Source: a virus
DNA length: 64,000 nt
Virus record (IMG/VR): IMGVR_UViG_3300045988_159607
Reading direction: 5' to 3' (one strand)
The position numbers were made by a program, and so were the translations under genes. This document shows, piece by piece, positions 10,625 to 20,372 of the stretch. The stretch's first letter is position 1. Each line of letters starts with the position of its first letter. The notes beneath the pieces were generated by a model. It was not told the DNA's origin, searched no databases, and worked only from the letters and a program-made list of their open reading frames with translations.

Positions 10625-10643
10625 CTTCAAAAATATTAAGTTT

Positions 10644-10669
10644 TTGTATGCAATAATTGCAATTTCGAT
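10644..10669 (+). promoter_or_regulatory. promoter-like motif TTGTATGCAATAATTG
   Basis: The same 16-mer (one mismatch) recurs at 23301. Both copies sit in gaps that follow a gene-block end and precede a start codon. Confidence 0.4.
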
Positions 10670-11182
10670 ATGACAAGAAAAGAGGAATTTAAACTGATTT
10701 ACAGTTATTTACAAGGAAAACTGTCAAGTAACCCAGCTTACGAGTTCCGTCCAAAAAGAAAGGACAGGGAGAAACTGGATGAGTTTTTATCCAACGATAA
10801 AGTAGGGAATCTTTGGGAATATCTTACGTTTCAGTTCAACCGGCAGATGTTTGTTCTCAAACTATCCAATCTTCCTGTAGTTCCTCTTATGAATGTCATA
10901 GGGAAAACAGCCATAGATAGATGGAGAAAAAGAACAAAAAGGGACATATACTTCACCTCTAAATTTGTGATGGAAAATGAACTTTTTAATCCTATAGAAA
11001 GTGAAGAAGGTATTTCAGAAAGTTATCTGGACGAGCAAAGGAAACTCTATTTTGATTCTCCTGAAGGGTATATCCTATGCGATAGCTTCGATGGCTATTT
11101 GCTTGATGAAGAAAAATGCAAAGGTTGCAGATATATACGGTTATGTAAAGAAAAAGAGAATGAAAAGAAAGAAAGAACTTGA
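10670..11182 (+). CDS. hypothetical protein
   Basis: 170-aa ORF, first gene after the promoter-like gap. C-terminal CKGCRYIRLC. Confidence 0.5.
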   Translation: MTRKEEFKLIYSYLQGKLSSNPAYEFRPKRKDREKLDEFLSNDKVGNLWEYLTFQFNRQMFVLKLSNLPVVPLMNVIGKTAIDRWRKRTKRDIYFTSKFVMENELFNPIESEEGISESYLDEQRKLYFDSPEGYILCDSFDGYLLDEEKCKGCRYIRLCKEKENEKKERT

Positions 11183-11399
11183 AGTAAAGATTGTTCCTTG
11201 CTTCTATGACACAAAAAGAGCAGAGCTTTTGGTCGTAAGGTATGGATGGTTCGGAAACCTCAAATGCCTAAAGAGTTTCGGTTTTATTTATCTTTCGGAT
11301 AAGAGAAGTGAAGAAAAGATAGATTGGGTGATTGAATTAGTAGAGAGGTTTAACAAAATACAAGAAATGCGATATGAGAGAAAAAAGAACAATGTATGA
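11160..11399 (+). CDS. hypothetical protein
   Basis: Track ORF 11001..11399. The internal start MKRKKELEV... at 11160 gives only a short overlap with the upstream gene. Confidence 0.4.
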   Translation: MKRKKELEVKIVPCFYDTKRAELLVVRYGWFGNLKCLKSFGFIYLSDKRSEEKIDWVIELVERFNKIQEMRYERKKNNV

Positions 11400-11628
11400 T
11401 GCGCGTTATGCCCTTACAAACGGAACTATAAACAAGGTTATTGTGGAGGGTAGTGAATTTAAGAATAAGGATTTGGTAATTGTCAAAGGGGAATGCGTTT
11501 TTTCAAGAGTAGGCAGTGATGTTTTCTTTACCGAAGAAGAAGCAAGGAAAAGTGTTAATGAAAGGGTTAGAAAACGGATATTGTCATTGGAAAAACAGAT
11601 TGAAAGATTGAAAACTTTAAAATTCTGA
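11392..11628 (+). CDS. hypothetical protein
   Basis: Track ORF 11374..11628. The ATG at 11392 overlaps the upstream stop (ATGTATGA). Confidence 0.45.
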   Translation: MYDARYALTNGTINKVIVEGSEFKNKDLVIVKGECVFSRVGSDVFFTEEEARKSVNERVRKRILSLEKQIERLKTLKF

Positions 11629-11632
11629 CAAT

Positions 11633-11857
11633 ATGGGAAAGCGGAAGCATAAAGCAAGACAGAAATTTCTTGATTCTCTTACAGAGGAAGAGAAAATAAA
11701 AAGAGGTATGTGGGGATATTTGCCCACAAAAGACGGAAAGAAAGTCTTATGTAGAGGGGATATAGACACAATGCTTTTTATTCCTCTGATAACAAAAGAA
11801 GAACCTGTAGGCTTTTGGGCTTTTGTACAGGACGGAAAACTTTTGGGTAACTGGTGA
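11633..11857 (+). CDS. hypothetical protein
   Basis: 74-aa ORF, tightly packed. Confidence 0.45.
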   Translation: MGKRKHKARQKFLDSLTEEEKIKRGMWGYLPTKDGKKVLCRGDIDTMLFIPLITKEEPVGFWAFVQDGKLLGNW

Positions 11858-11858
11858 C

Positions 11859-12206
11859 ATGGGACTGCAAAAGAAAGAAAAATATGAAGCAAGACCTTGT
11901 GTCTGTTGTAAGCAGAGCCATTACATCTACAATAGGATGAAGTGGCTCTGTAAGGAATGTGACAAGAAAATAGGGAAAGAAAGGAGAGGTGATCTTAAAA
12001 CCCTATTCATGGAAATATGGGAAGAAAGAGAACATGTATGCGCGAAATGTGGAAAGCCTTTGGGAGATGAACCGAAAGCCATTTTCTTTTCACACATACG
12101 ATCACGCGGAGCGAGACCGGACTTGAAAATGGACAAAGATAACATTGAACTTCTTTGCTCCGCTTGTCATAGGTTACATGAATTTGGAGAAAGGGAAATT
12201 TTATGA
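11859..12206 (+). CDS. HNH endonuclease (free-standing)
   Basis: CCKQ...CKECDKK, CAKCGKPL, FSHIRSRGARPDL...DNIELLCSACHRLHE, giving the zinc knuckles plus H-N-H. Start taken at MGLQKKE (11859), 1 nt after the upstream stop. Confidence 0.7.
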   Translation: MGLQKKEKYEARPCVCCKQSHYIYNRMKWLCKECDKKIGKERRGDLKTLFMEIWEEREHVCAKCGKPLGDEPKAIFFSHIRSRGARPDLKMDKDNIELLCSACHRLHEFGEREIL

Positions 12207-12622
12207 GGAAAGTAATCGCCGTATCAATATTATCTTTGTTTCCGTTACTTGTTTCTGATATTAGAGTTCCTGCTATCAGTGACAAGAAAGAAGCGATGGA
12301 CAGGGTGGTTTGGGAAAGATTGGTTCATGCTATTTGCATGGTTGAATCAGGTTGTGACGATAGTGCAAGAAATCCTAAAAGTTCAGCTTCCGGCAGGTTT
12401 CAAATGTTGAAATTTTATGTGGATGAAGTGAACCGTATTAAAGGAAAGAGAATTTACTCCTATAATGATAGGTTTGATCCTTTAAAGGCAAGAGAGATGT
12501 TTGAAATTTACCAACAATATTACAACCCGAATAAGGATATTGATAGGGCGATTATTCTTCATAGAGGAAAGAAGTCTAAGAACTATATCAAGAACGTGAA
12601 ACAAGAAATGAGCAACTTATAA
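12203..12622 (+). CDS. lytic transglycosylase (SLT-domain) with N-terminal signal/anchor
   Basis: AICMVESGCDDSARNPKSSASGRFQM matches the SLT catalytic E-S...S..GA.G..Q motif. Hydrophobic N-terminus MRKVIAVSILSLFPLLV. Confidence 0.65.
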   Translation: MRKVIAVSILSLFPLLVSDIRVPAISDKKEAMDRVVWERLVHAICMVESGCDDSARNPKSSASGRFQMLKFYVDEVNRIKGKRIYSYNDRFDPLKAREMFEIYQQYYNPNKDIDRAIILHRGKKSKNYIKNVKQEMSNL

Positions 12623-12634
12623 ATTTTTGATACT

Positions 12635-12811
12635 ATGAAAGTTTGTTGGACAGAAGAAGGGAATTACTTCGAAGGGGAAGTGATTGACTGTTACCCTGTG
12701 GAAGATGGAACGATGTTAGTGGTAGAAGCAGAAAATGACAGAAACCGGTCCGTTCTTAAAGAATGGAATACATTAATTGAAATAGGGGAGGATGGGAATG
12801 AGATTAAATGA
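12635..12811 (+). CDS. small hypothetical protein (58 aa, below the ORF-track cutoff)
   Basis: Translated by hand as MKVCWTEEGNYFEGEVIDCYPVEDGTMLVVEAENDRNRSVLKEWNTLIEIGEDGNEIK*. It fills an otherwise empty 170-nt gap. Confidence 0.4.
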   Translation: MKVCWTEEGNYFEGEVIDCYPVEDGTMLVVEAENDRNRSVLKEWNTLIEIGEDGNEIK

Positions 12812-13202
12812 AAACATGGAATTGCTTCTTACTTCTATTTCCGAATTGCTTGGGGATATGAAAATGAACGTTTTCAAAGAGAAACTGGAGAAGGTGATTG
12901 CTCTTCCAAGTGACACAAGTGTAGCGGATTTTATAGAAGAATATACGAAATGGAGCGAAAAGAACTATTTCAAGAAAGAGAGATTGTTTGTCTTTTCAAA
13001 CGGGAAACTGGCACTTACAAGGATATACATAGTCTCTGCTGAAATGAAATATACGGATGAGGGGATACCGGAAATAATCATAAATGAAATGCCGGATGCT
13101 GTCAATTTGAAGGACAACCCCTATAAAAACATCCATATACGGTATGAAAACGAGGATGATTGTTCTCGTGATTTTGATAGACTGAAATTAGTTTTAAACT
13201 GA
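12792..13202 (+). CDS. hypothetical protein
   Basis: 136-aa ORF. Confidence 0.5.
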   Translation: MGMRLNENMELLLTSISELLGDMKMNVFKEKLEKVIALPSDTSVADFIEEYTKWSEKNYFKKERLFVFSNGKLALTRIYIVSAEMKYTDEGIPEIIINEMPDAVNLKDNPYKNIHIRYENEDDCSRDFDRLKLVLN

Positions 13203-13208
13203 TAGAGC

Positions 13209-13451
13209 GTGGAAATATTAACAAAAAATTTGAATCTTACAGGGATGACAGAGTATTTCAATCAACATTTCTCGAAAAGAAATGGCAAGAAATTCACTCT
13301 GTGGGATATTAGAGCTTATAGCACGACAGGGAATGTTCCTGCTTATATAGGTGGAGGAAATCTGTATATCGATCCATGTGTACCGGAAGGAGGAAATGTA
13401 AGACTTTGGCAGCTTGTAAGAGATACAAATAGACAAAAATTTAGAAGATGA
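13209..13451 (+). CDS. hypothetical protein
   Basis: 80-aa ORF with a GTG start. Its stop overlaps the next start. Confidence 0.4.
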   Translation: MEILTKNLNLTGMTEYFNQHFSKRNGKKFTLWDIRAYSTTGNVPAYIGGGNLYIDPCVPEGGNVRLWQLVRDTNRQKFRR

Positions 13452-13738
13452 AAACAAAAGTGTATGTTAGCTTGCCTATAACAGGGCATGATTTGGAAGA
13501 AACAAAGAAATACGCAAATCAAGTCAAGAAATGGCTCGAAGAAAAGGGATATGAAGTGATAACACCTTTTGACGCTTGTAGTGAACCGGATAAACCCTAT
13601 TCCTATTACATGGGAGAGAGCGTTAAGGCTCTTTTAGAGTGCGATGCCGTTTATTTTGTTTTTGATTGGGCAGCATCAAAAGGTTGCATGGCAGAGTTTG
13701 AGATAGCAAGAGTTTACGGGAAACAAATAATGATGTAG
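13448..13738 (+). CDS. DUF4406 / nucleoside 2-deoxyribosyltransferase-like protein
   Basis: MKTKVYVSLPITGH...CDAVYFVFDWAASKGCMAEFEIARVYGKQI matches the family pattern (Y.SgPitG ... cDa...l.gW..S.Ga..E...A). Confidence 0.55.
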   Translation: MKTKVYVSLPITGHDLEETKKYANQVKKWLEEKGYEVITPFDACSEPDKPYSYYMGESVKALLECDAVYFVFDWAASKGCMAEFEIARVYGKQIMM

Positions 13739-13740
13739 AG

Positions 13741-14436
13741 GTGAAAACAGATAATAGTAATTTTTACATTTATGCTTTGTATGATCCTGAAATAGGCTCA
13801 AAATGTTTGTTCTATATAGGACAAACAAGGGGATCGCTAAAGAAACGTTTAAATCATCATTGTTACCATATTATGTGTGCTGAACAAGGGAAAATGAGAA
13901 AGAGGAATAAAGATAAGCAAAATTGGTTTGTTAGTTTGTTAAAAAACGGGAATCGTCCTTCTATTATTTTAATAGATAGATGTTATAATCAACAAGATGC
14001 TGATGAAAAAGAAAGATTTTGGATTTCTTTTTGTAAATCAATGGGACAACCTCTTTTAAATAAATCTACTGGTGGATCGTGTGGAGGAACATTTTCTTTG
14101 AGCGAAGAAGCAAGAAAGAAACAATCTGAATATGCTTCTAACAGAACAGAAATACATAAAATTAGGAATAGGGAAGCGAATAGGGGTCGCAAATATTCTA
14201 TGGAACATAATCAAAAATGCAGAGAAAGTAGGCTGAATGGCAAGCCAGTTATTAGAACAAATTTAAAAATAGCGCAATATGATTTAAACGATAATTTGAT
14301 TGCTGTTTTTAATGGTACTATGGATGCTGTTCGCAAAACAGGCGTTTCGTATCAAGCTATACAAGGCTGTTTATGGGGAAGATTGAAAACAGGATATGGT
14401 TTTAAATGGAAGTTTACTAATGAAAAATTTAAATAG
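13741..14436 (+). CDS. GIY-YIG homing endonuclease (free-standing)
   Basis: FYIYALYDPEIGS..FYIGQTRGSLKKRLNHH (GIY...YIG...R). C-terminal NUMOD/IENR-like DNA-binding repeat (AVRKTGVSYQAIQGCLWGRLKTGYGFKWKF). Confidence 0.7.
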   Translation: MKTDNSNFYIYALYDPEIGSKCLFYIGQTRGSLKKRLNHHCYHIMCAEQGKMRKRNKDKQNWFVSLLKNGNRPSIILIDRCYNQQDADEKERFWISFCKSMGQPLLNKSTGGSCGGTFSLSEEARKKQSEYASNRTEIHKIRNREANRGRKYSMEHNQKCRESRLNGKPVIRTNLKIAQYDLNDNLIAVFNGTMDAVRKTGVSYQAIQGCLWGRLKTGYGFKWKFTNEKFK

Positions 14437-14438
14437 TT

Positions 14439-15092
14439 ATGAAAAGTGCGAGTAAATATATAATATGCTATGACTGCGAAACTTCTGGTTTACCTTCTGC
14501 TGAAAAGCCTGCTTTTGACACCATAGCATTAATAGAATTGGCTTTTGTTGTAATAGATATGGAAAAGTTGGAAGTTTGCGAAGAATTGTCTATGATATTT
14601 CCGCGTGACTACAAAGAAGGTCTTATCTATTCTTCGGAAGCGGAAGCGGTGCATGGGATAACGGAAACAATCCAAAAGGAAAAGGCTATACCTCTAAAGG
14701 ATATATTCAAGAAATGTCAGGCACTTTTTAAGAAGTACAAGAATCCCAGACAAATGTGTACATTATGTGGACACAACATAGTAGGGTTTGATAATGCCTT
14801 TTTGGAGAACTTCTTCAAGTTCATGGGGGATGATTTAAAGAAGTATGTAAAGTTTTCCATTGACACTATGCAAATGGCACACATGTCATATCCTGAATTG
14901 GAAAACTATCAGCTTCATACCGTTTGCGAAAAAGAAGGTATTGATTTGGTGAATGCGCATCGCGCAGGTGATGATACCTATGCTAATGCGCTTTTGATGA
15001 TCAATTTTGTAAAAAAGTTAAGGGGAGAAGGCGTGTCTGACAGTGGAACTTCATCTGCACGAAATCCTTTCCGAGAAAAATTTGCTTTGTAA
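14439..15092 (+). CDS. DnaQ-like 3'-5' exonuclease (DEDDh)
   Basis: Exo I IICYDCETSGL, Exo II GHNIVGFDNAFL, Exo III HRAGDDTYANA. Confidence 0.7.
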   Translation: MKSASKYIICYDCETSGLPSAEKPAFDTIALIELAFVVIDMEKLEVCEELSMIFPRDYKEGLIYSSEAEAVHGITETIQKEKAIPLKDIFKKCQALFKKYKNPRQMCTLCGHNIVGFDNAFLENFFKFMGDDLKKYVKFSIDTMQMAHMSYPELENYQLHTVCEKEGIDLVNAHRAGDDTYANALLMINFVKKLRGEGVSDSGTSSARNPFREKFAL

Positions 15093-15094
15093 AA

Positions 15095-17194
15095 ATGGCA
15101 GTCATATACAATTCAAAGGGCGGAATACTTACCGAACTACAATCAAAAAGGTTGTTTACAACGGTGGACGACATTATAGACCGGCTTCCTTCCACTACTG
15201 TGCGATTCTTGTTTTCTGGTGGAAGCAGAAAGGATTTGGACAAAATGCTGGACACTATAATCAACCAGACCGAGTATGCCATGAATTTTGGACGTTCGCT
15301 TGACACGGAAAAGCTGGGGTATGTGGACAATCTGTTTGCTTCAATGGATGAAAATCTAAGGATTCTGTCTTTTAATTATTTCAAGGCGACAGTCCTTTCC
15401 AATTTCAATATGGGATGGCGAAACTTGGAATGGGGGAATCTTACACAGTTATTTCCCTGGAGCAGCTATTTGTGTTCGCGAAGTAGTGGAAAGTGCGTTT
15501 CTCCTGATACTTTGATAGTTATGGCAGATGGTTTGCTAAAAAAAGTCCAGGATATAAGGGTAGGTGATAAGGTGATGGGACAAGATTTGAAATCTCGCAA
15601 TGTCTTGGAACTGCACCACGGAGAAACCTATATGTACGAAGTAAGACAGAAAGGTGGAGATAGCTATATAGTAAGCGAAGGACACATCCTTTGTCTTGCT
15701 GACGGCACTTATATTCCTGTTGAAATCGCCGAAATGAACCAAAGAAGAGCTGCCAAATATGAAGGTTATAAAGTTTCAAGGGATGGGAAATTCAAGAAAA
15801 CGGAAATTTTTATAACCTTGTTGGATGAAGGTGAGTATTATGGTTTTGCTTGTGACGGAGATCATAAGTTTTTGCTTGCTGACGGCACAGTAACGCACAA
15901 CAGTTTCGAGTGGTGTTACGCGTTCCCTTTATGGAGGTTATACTCCTATACACGTCCTATGTTGTATGGAGGGGATACGATAGACAACAAGAACCGGAAA
16001 GAAACCGCTATGATCACAAACACAATGACACTTGCAAAAGTGCATGTGAACAAGATTATAGAGGAAATATCCACCAATGATATATTGAAGGAAAAACTTG
16101 ATCCGAACGGCAAGGCTAAACTTGGAGAAACGGCAATAGAAGGTGAGAATGGTGCGATTCTTCATGTTCGTGGTAAAGATGGGTTTATTCGTGGTTTGCA
16201 CGTTGGAGCAGCAATCATAGATGATATGCCGGACGAAAGTTCTCTTTACAGCGATGAGCAAAGAGAAAAGCTAAAGGAAACATTTAGAGGGACTATTACT
16301 CCTATTGTTGAGCCTTACGGATATCTGATTGTGTCCGGTACGCCTTATTCTACTGCTCCTAACGAATTGTACAATGTCATTAAGGGGGATAAGCGTTTTT
16401 ATCTGTTCGAATATCCTATCATATTCCCAGACGGACGTCCTCTTGCTCCTGACAGGTATATGTTTGAAGATATAAAAAGGAAAAGAACAGAGCTTGGTTC
16501 TATTGTGTTTGCACGAGAATACCTTGTGATTCCTATTTCGGACAACTCAACTATTTTTCCGTATGAATATCTTAGAAGGGCAACTGCCAGCATGGATAAG
16601 GTTTCCTTTGCGGACAGCATAGAGTTTTATCCGTTCGAACTTAGAAGGGTGATTGTGGGATGCGACTTCGCTGTTTCTGGTAATATCGGTGCTGACTACA
16701 CTGTTTATTCCGTATGGGGTGTTGATTTCTCCGGTAATTACCACCTTGTGAATTATTTCAGGGCAAAAGGTATGTCTCACAATGAGCAGGTGGACAAGAT
16801 TGTTCTTTTCAATCGTTTGTTTAAGCCTGATAAGATCGTGTGCGAGGCTAACGGATTTCAAGGGATATTGTCAGCACTTGCAAGAGAAAGAGGACTTACC
16901 AATATCGAACAATTTACCACTACGGAAGGAAACAAAAAGGACTTGTACACCGGACTTCCGTCTTTGTCTGCCATGTTTGAAAGAGGACAGATCAGAACGC
17001 CTTACAAGGAAGGTGAAACAAGGGAAAAGGTGGAATTGATGTTCAGTGAGTTTTCTTCTATCACTTTTAGAAGCGATAAAGGAAAACTGGAAGCAAGTTC
17101 GGGACATGATGATTTATGCCTTTCAAGCTGGTTTGCAATAAACACCTTACGAGAAGAAGGCGAAAGTAGTGGTTTTAGTATCAATTTGGTTTAA
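15095..17194 (+). CDS. terL: terminase large subunit, interrupted by a mini-intein
   Basis: Walker A SRSSGK|...|S, Walker B GAAIIDD, and C-terminal RNase-H-like nuclease motifs (VGCDFAVSG, VCEANGFQG, GHDDLCLS). Confidence 0.8.
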   Translation: MAVIYNSKGGILTELQSKRLFTTVDDIIDRLPSTTVRFLFSGGSRKDLDKMLDTIINQTEYAMNFGRSLDTEKLGYVDNLFASMDENLRILSFNYFKATVLSNFNMGWRNLEWGNLTQLFPWSSYLCSRSSGKCVSPDTLIVMADGLLKKVQDIRVGDKVMGQDLKSRNVLELHHGETYMYEVRQKGGDSYIVSEGHILCLADGTYIPVEIAEMNQRRAAKYEGYKVSRDGKFKKTEIFITLLDEGEYYGFACDGDHKFLLADGTVTHNSFEWCYAFPLWRLYSYTRPMLYGGDTIDNKNRKETAMITNTMTLAKVHVNKIIEEISTNDILKEKLDPNGKAKLGETAIEGENGAILHVRGKDGFIRGLHVGAAIIDDMPDESSLYSDEQREKLKETFRGTITPIVEPYGYLIVSGTPYSTAPNELYNVIKGDKRFYLFEYPIIFPDGRPLAPDRYMFEDIKRKRTELGSIVFAREYLVIPISDNSTIFPYEYLRRATASMDKVSFADSIEFYPFELRRVIVGCDFAVSGNIGADYTVYSVWGVDFSGNYHLVNYFRAKGMSHNEQVDKIVLFNRLFKPDKIVCEANGFQGILSALARERGLTNIEQFTTTEGNKKDLYTGLPSLSAMFERGQIRTPYKEGETREKVELMFSEFSSITFRSDKGKLEASSGHDDLCLSSWFAINTLREEGESSGFSINLV
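15494..15901 (+). mobile_element. mini-intein (136 aa) in the TerL Walker A motif
   Basis: Starts CVSPDTLIVMADG (block A). Has SEGHILCLADG (block B) and ends EYYGFACDGDHKFLLADGTVTHN followed by +1 Ser. Removing it gives SRSSGKSFEW. Confidence 0.8.
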
Positions 17195-17205
17195 ATTTTG
17201 GTATC

Positions 17206-18639
17206 GTGAATAAACTGAATCCTGGCTTTATGTCCGAAATATTTAAATTGATGTTTTCGGATGAAGTCATAATGTGTATAGCTTCGGAGCATCTGAAATA
17301 TGAATTGATCCCTAAAGAATGGTCTGGATACAAATTCATACTAAGAGAAGCTGTTGATCAATATAGAGAAAAGGGGAAACTTCCTGCACTTGGTGCTATC
17401 TGTCAAAAATTTTCTGACAATGATTTTGTGTTGGATGCTGCAAAGGAAATAAAGAAAGCCAATCTGATAGACAGAGAAATAGCAATAGACCAACTTCAAT
17501 CGTTTGTGAAAGAGACGGAGTTCGAACTTCTTTCCAAAAGGGTACATGACCTTTACGAAGAAGGAAAGAAGGAAGAAGCTATCCGTGTGAACGCGGAAGA
17601 ATCACAAAGAATTGTGGAGATGTCCTTTCGCTCCAAATCAGGGGGTTTTCAGTCTGTTTTCGGAGGTTTCCAACAACGCATGCTTGAAAGACGCATGGAA
17701 GCTGCTACGATAACGGAAAAGCCAGTAAAAATTCCTTTCGGGATTGACAGGCTGGACGATGTATCTTTCGGTGGTATGGAAATAGGTGATACAACGCTTT
17801 GGATTGCTCGCAGCGGCACGGGAAAAACGACCGTGTTAAAATGGCACGGCTATTCTGCTGCCCTTAGAGGTGTTCCGGTTCTTCATATTCAGTTGGAAGG
17901 TGGTGTAAAAGCCTGTATGCAGATATATGATCAGCTTTGGTCAAACCAGTCCTATTCCAATATCAAGTCAGGCAACATTGATCCCAACGATAAGAAAAAG
18001 ATCGAAAAGGCGATTGAAGAAATTAAAGAAGCCGGTTCAGATATAGAGGTGTATGGTTTTAAGAAGTTCGGACAGGCTTCTATGAGCGATGTAAGGCAGC
18101 TATGCTACGACTATTTCAATACACACGGGCGTTTCCCGGGATTGGTCATTTTGGACTCATTGGACTTGGTAAAGACCGGCATTTCCAAAAAGATAGACAG
18201 TGATCCCGATCATAAGAAAGAAAAGCTACAGACTTGTGCGCAGCTTCTAAAGAACCTTGCCGACGAGATTGAAGCTCCTATTATCACAGCAACACAAACA
18301 AGTGATGTGCCTTTTGAAGTATGGAACAATCCTGACAAAGTAATAGACCGTTCCTATACGGAAGGAGACAAGACACTTGTAAAACCTTTTTCCTTTGTGT
18401 TCACGCTAAATATGACAATAGAGGAAAAGTCCAACGGCACAGCACGTATTTATGTGGACAAATTGCGTGACTACAAAGAAAGTCAAGAAGTGATAACGAT
18501 TGCCACCAATTATGACAAGCGCAGGTTCTATCACAGGGGACGGACAATGGAGATGTACAACCAAATATCTGAAAGGAAGGAAGCGAAAAAGACGGCAAGG
18601 AAGAAAAAGTCTGATGAGCAAAAAATGGAAAGCATTTAA
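17206..18639 (+). CDS. DnaB-like replicative helicase
   Basis: GIDRLDDVSFGGMEIGDTTLWIARSGTGKTT (Walker A) and GLVILDSLD (Walker B), in a RecA-like C-terminal domain. GTG start in the track. Confidence 0.65.
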   Translation: MNKLNPGFMSEIFKLMFSDEVIMCIASEHLKYELIPKEWSGYKFILREAVDQYREKGKLPALGAICQKFSDNDFVLDAAKEIKKANLIDREIAIDQLQSFVKETEFELLSKRVHDLYEEGKKEEAIRVNAEESQRIVEMSFRSKSGGFQSVFGGFQQRMLERRMEAATITEKPVKIPFGIDRLDDVSFGGMEIGDTTLWIARSGTGKTTVLKWHGYSAALRGVPVLHIQLEGGVKACMQIYDQLWSNQSYSNIKSGNIDPNDKKKIEKAIEEIKEAGSDIEVYGFKKFGQASMSDVRQLCYDYFNTHGRFPGLVILDSLDLVKTGISKKIDSDPDHKKEKLQTCAQLLKNLADEIEAPIITATQTSDVPFEVWNNPDKVIDRSYTEGDKTLVKPFSFVFTLNMTIEEKSNGTARIYVDKLRDYKESQEVITIATNYDKRRFYHRGRTMEMYNQISERKEAKKTARKKKSDEQKMESI

Positions 18640-18664
18640 AAAGGTAATCTAAAATTTTAGTGAT

Positions 18665-19672
18665 GTGATACGGATTGACGAAGAAGAAGTAAAGGCTGCG
18701 TTCGGACTTAGAATATTCGGTTCGCAAGGGTGGCTTTCAAATAAAGGGATGCCTTGTCCCTATTGTGGAAAGGAAAAGAAATGGGGTGTCAAGATAGACG
18801 TGCACGGGGGAGTTTTCCATTGCTGGAAATGTCAGACAAAAGCATCTTTCAAGGATTTTCTTGAAAAGGTAGGAAGAAAAGACCTTATACGGATGGAATA
18901 TCAAAACTCTATAAGCACGAAACTTACTCCTTTGAAAGAAGAGAAAGAGGAAAACGAGGAAGAAGAGCTTCCTACCCCCAAGCTTCCTTTTCGTCTTAAA
19001 AGAATAGTATCAGACAGTTATCTTGACGAAAGGGGGTTTAAGAAATACCATTACGATCTTTTTGAGCCTTCTGAAACAAATTCCGTTCTTGAAAAGAACT
19101 TGCGAAATTATATCATTTTCAAAATGAAGATGGATGGTAAGCTGGTAGGATGGCTCGGAAGGAGCAGGTATTCTAAAGAATGGCATAAAAAGGATTTGGA
19201 AAGGGCAAAGGAAACAGGAAGTAAGCCTCACTTAAGATACGAAAACAGCATAGGAACGAACTTCACGAAGATACTGGGAGGCTTTGATGAGCTTTCTTCT
19301 TCGGTCAAAGATGTTATCATAGTGGAGGGGTTGTTTGACAAGGTAGGAATAGACAATCTTTTGCAGCTTTGGGATTGCAACAGTTTGAAATGTGTTTTTA
19401 CGTTCGGAAACAGTATAAGCAGAGAACAGATCTCCTATTTGGAAAGGAAAGGTATCAAGAATGTGATCCTTATGTATGATGATGCAACTGTGGAAGAATC
19501 GAAAAGCGCAGGACTTATGCTGGGAAAGAAATTTAATACAAAGATAGCCTATCTTTATAAACCAGGGATTGACCCTGGGGATATGGATATGGATTATTTG
19601 GACGATGTGCTAAGCAATCTCTATGATCCTATTAATTTTTATGTGTCCAAAATCAAAAAGTTGTGGTTGTAA
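18665..19672 (+). CDS. DnaG-type primase (Zn-ribbon + TOPRIM)
   Basis: CPYCGKEKK...FHCWKCQ zinc ribbon. TOPRIM-like VIIVEGLFDKV ... VILMYDDA. Confidence 0.65.
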   Translation: MIRIDEEEVKAAFGLRIFGSQGWLSNKGMPCPYCGKEKKWGVKIDVHGGVFHCWKCQTKASFKDFLEKVGRKDLIRMEYQNSISTKLTPLKEEKEENEEEELPTPKLPFRLKRIVSDSYLDERGFKKYHYDLFEPSETNSVLEKNLRNYIIFKMKMDGKLVGWLGRSRYSKEWHKKDLERAKETGSKPHLRYENSIGTNFTKILGGFDELSSSVKDVIIVEGLFDKVGIDNLLQLWDCNSLKCVFTFGNSISREQISYLERKGIKNVILMYDDATVEESKSAGLMLGKKFNTKIAYLYKPGIDPGDMDMDYLDDVLSNLYDPINFYVSKIKKLWL

Positions 19673-19766
19673 GAATTAACTTTGTCGAAAATCATATATA
19701 ATAAATAAAATAGTTAAATATGATTAATAGTATATTGTATTTGAAATAATATAATATATTTGCGAC

Positions 19767-20372
19767 ATGAAAACGAATAAAGTATTAAAAATATTACAAA
19801 TTACAAGACCTACTTTGACTAAATATGTCAAAGTAGGTAAAATCAGAGTAATCACAAAACCGAATGGTTTTTATGATTACAATGAAGATGATGTATATTC
19901 ACTCGCCGGTTATTCAACAAGAAGGTTAACGGTTTCATACTCAAGAGTTTCTACAAACAAGCAAAAGAAAGACCTTGAAAACCAAGAAAAATCAATCGTA
20001 TCTTATTGCAATAACAATGGGATAAGAGTTGATAAATCATACAAAGATATTGCAAGTGGAATGAACTTCGATAGGAAGCAGTTCCTTGAAATGTTTAACG
20101 ATATCATAGATAGAAAAATACAGACTGTTTATATAACATATAAGGATAGGTTGTCAAGAATTTCTTTTGATCTGTTTGAAAAACTTTTCAGGGAGTTTGG
20201 GTGTGAGATTATTGTAATAAACAATACGGAAGATAGAGAAACAAATGAATCAGAGATATTTGGAGAAATTATTTCCATGCTTCATTGTTTTGCTATGAAA
20301 ATGTACTCGAAAAGAAGAAAAAATAAACTTGAAATCGTAAGTAAGGATTTAGAAAATGAGATTAGTCTATAA
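19767..20372 (+). CDS. tnpA: IS607-type serine recombinase transposase (MerR-like HTH + resolvase domain)
   Basis: N-terminal HTH ILQITRPTLTKYVKVGKI. Catalytic VSYSRVSTNKQKKDLENQ. A TATATTTG box lies 4 nt upstream of the ATG. Confidence 0.8.
   Translation: MKTNKVLKILQITRPTLTKYVKVGKIRVITKPNGFYDYNEDDVYSLAGYSTRRLTVSYSRVSTNKQKKDLENQEKSIVSYCNNNGIRVDKSYKDIASGMNFDRKQFLEMFNDIIDRKIQTVYITYKDRLSRISFDLFEKLFREFGCEIIVINNTEDRETNESEIFGEIISMLHCFAMKMYSKRRKNKLEIVSKDLENEISL

Noticed and set aside
19767-20372. The serine recombinase as a phage integrase, which would imply a temperate lifestyle.
   Set aside because: It is small (201 aa), has a MerR-like HTH N-terminus, and overlaps a TnpB gene. That is the canonical IS607 transposase arrangement, not a large serine integrase.
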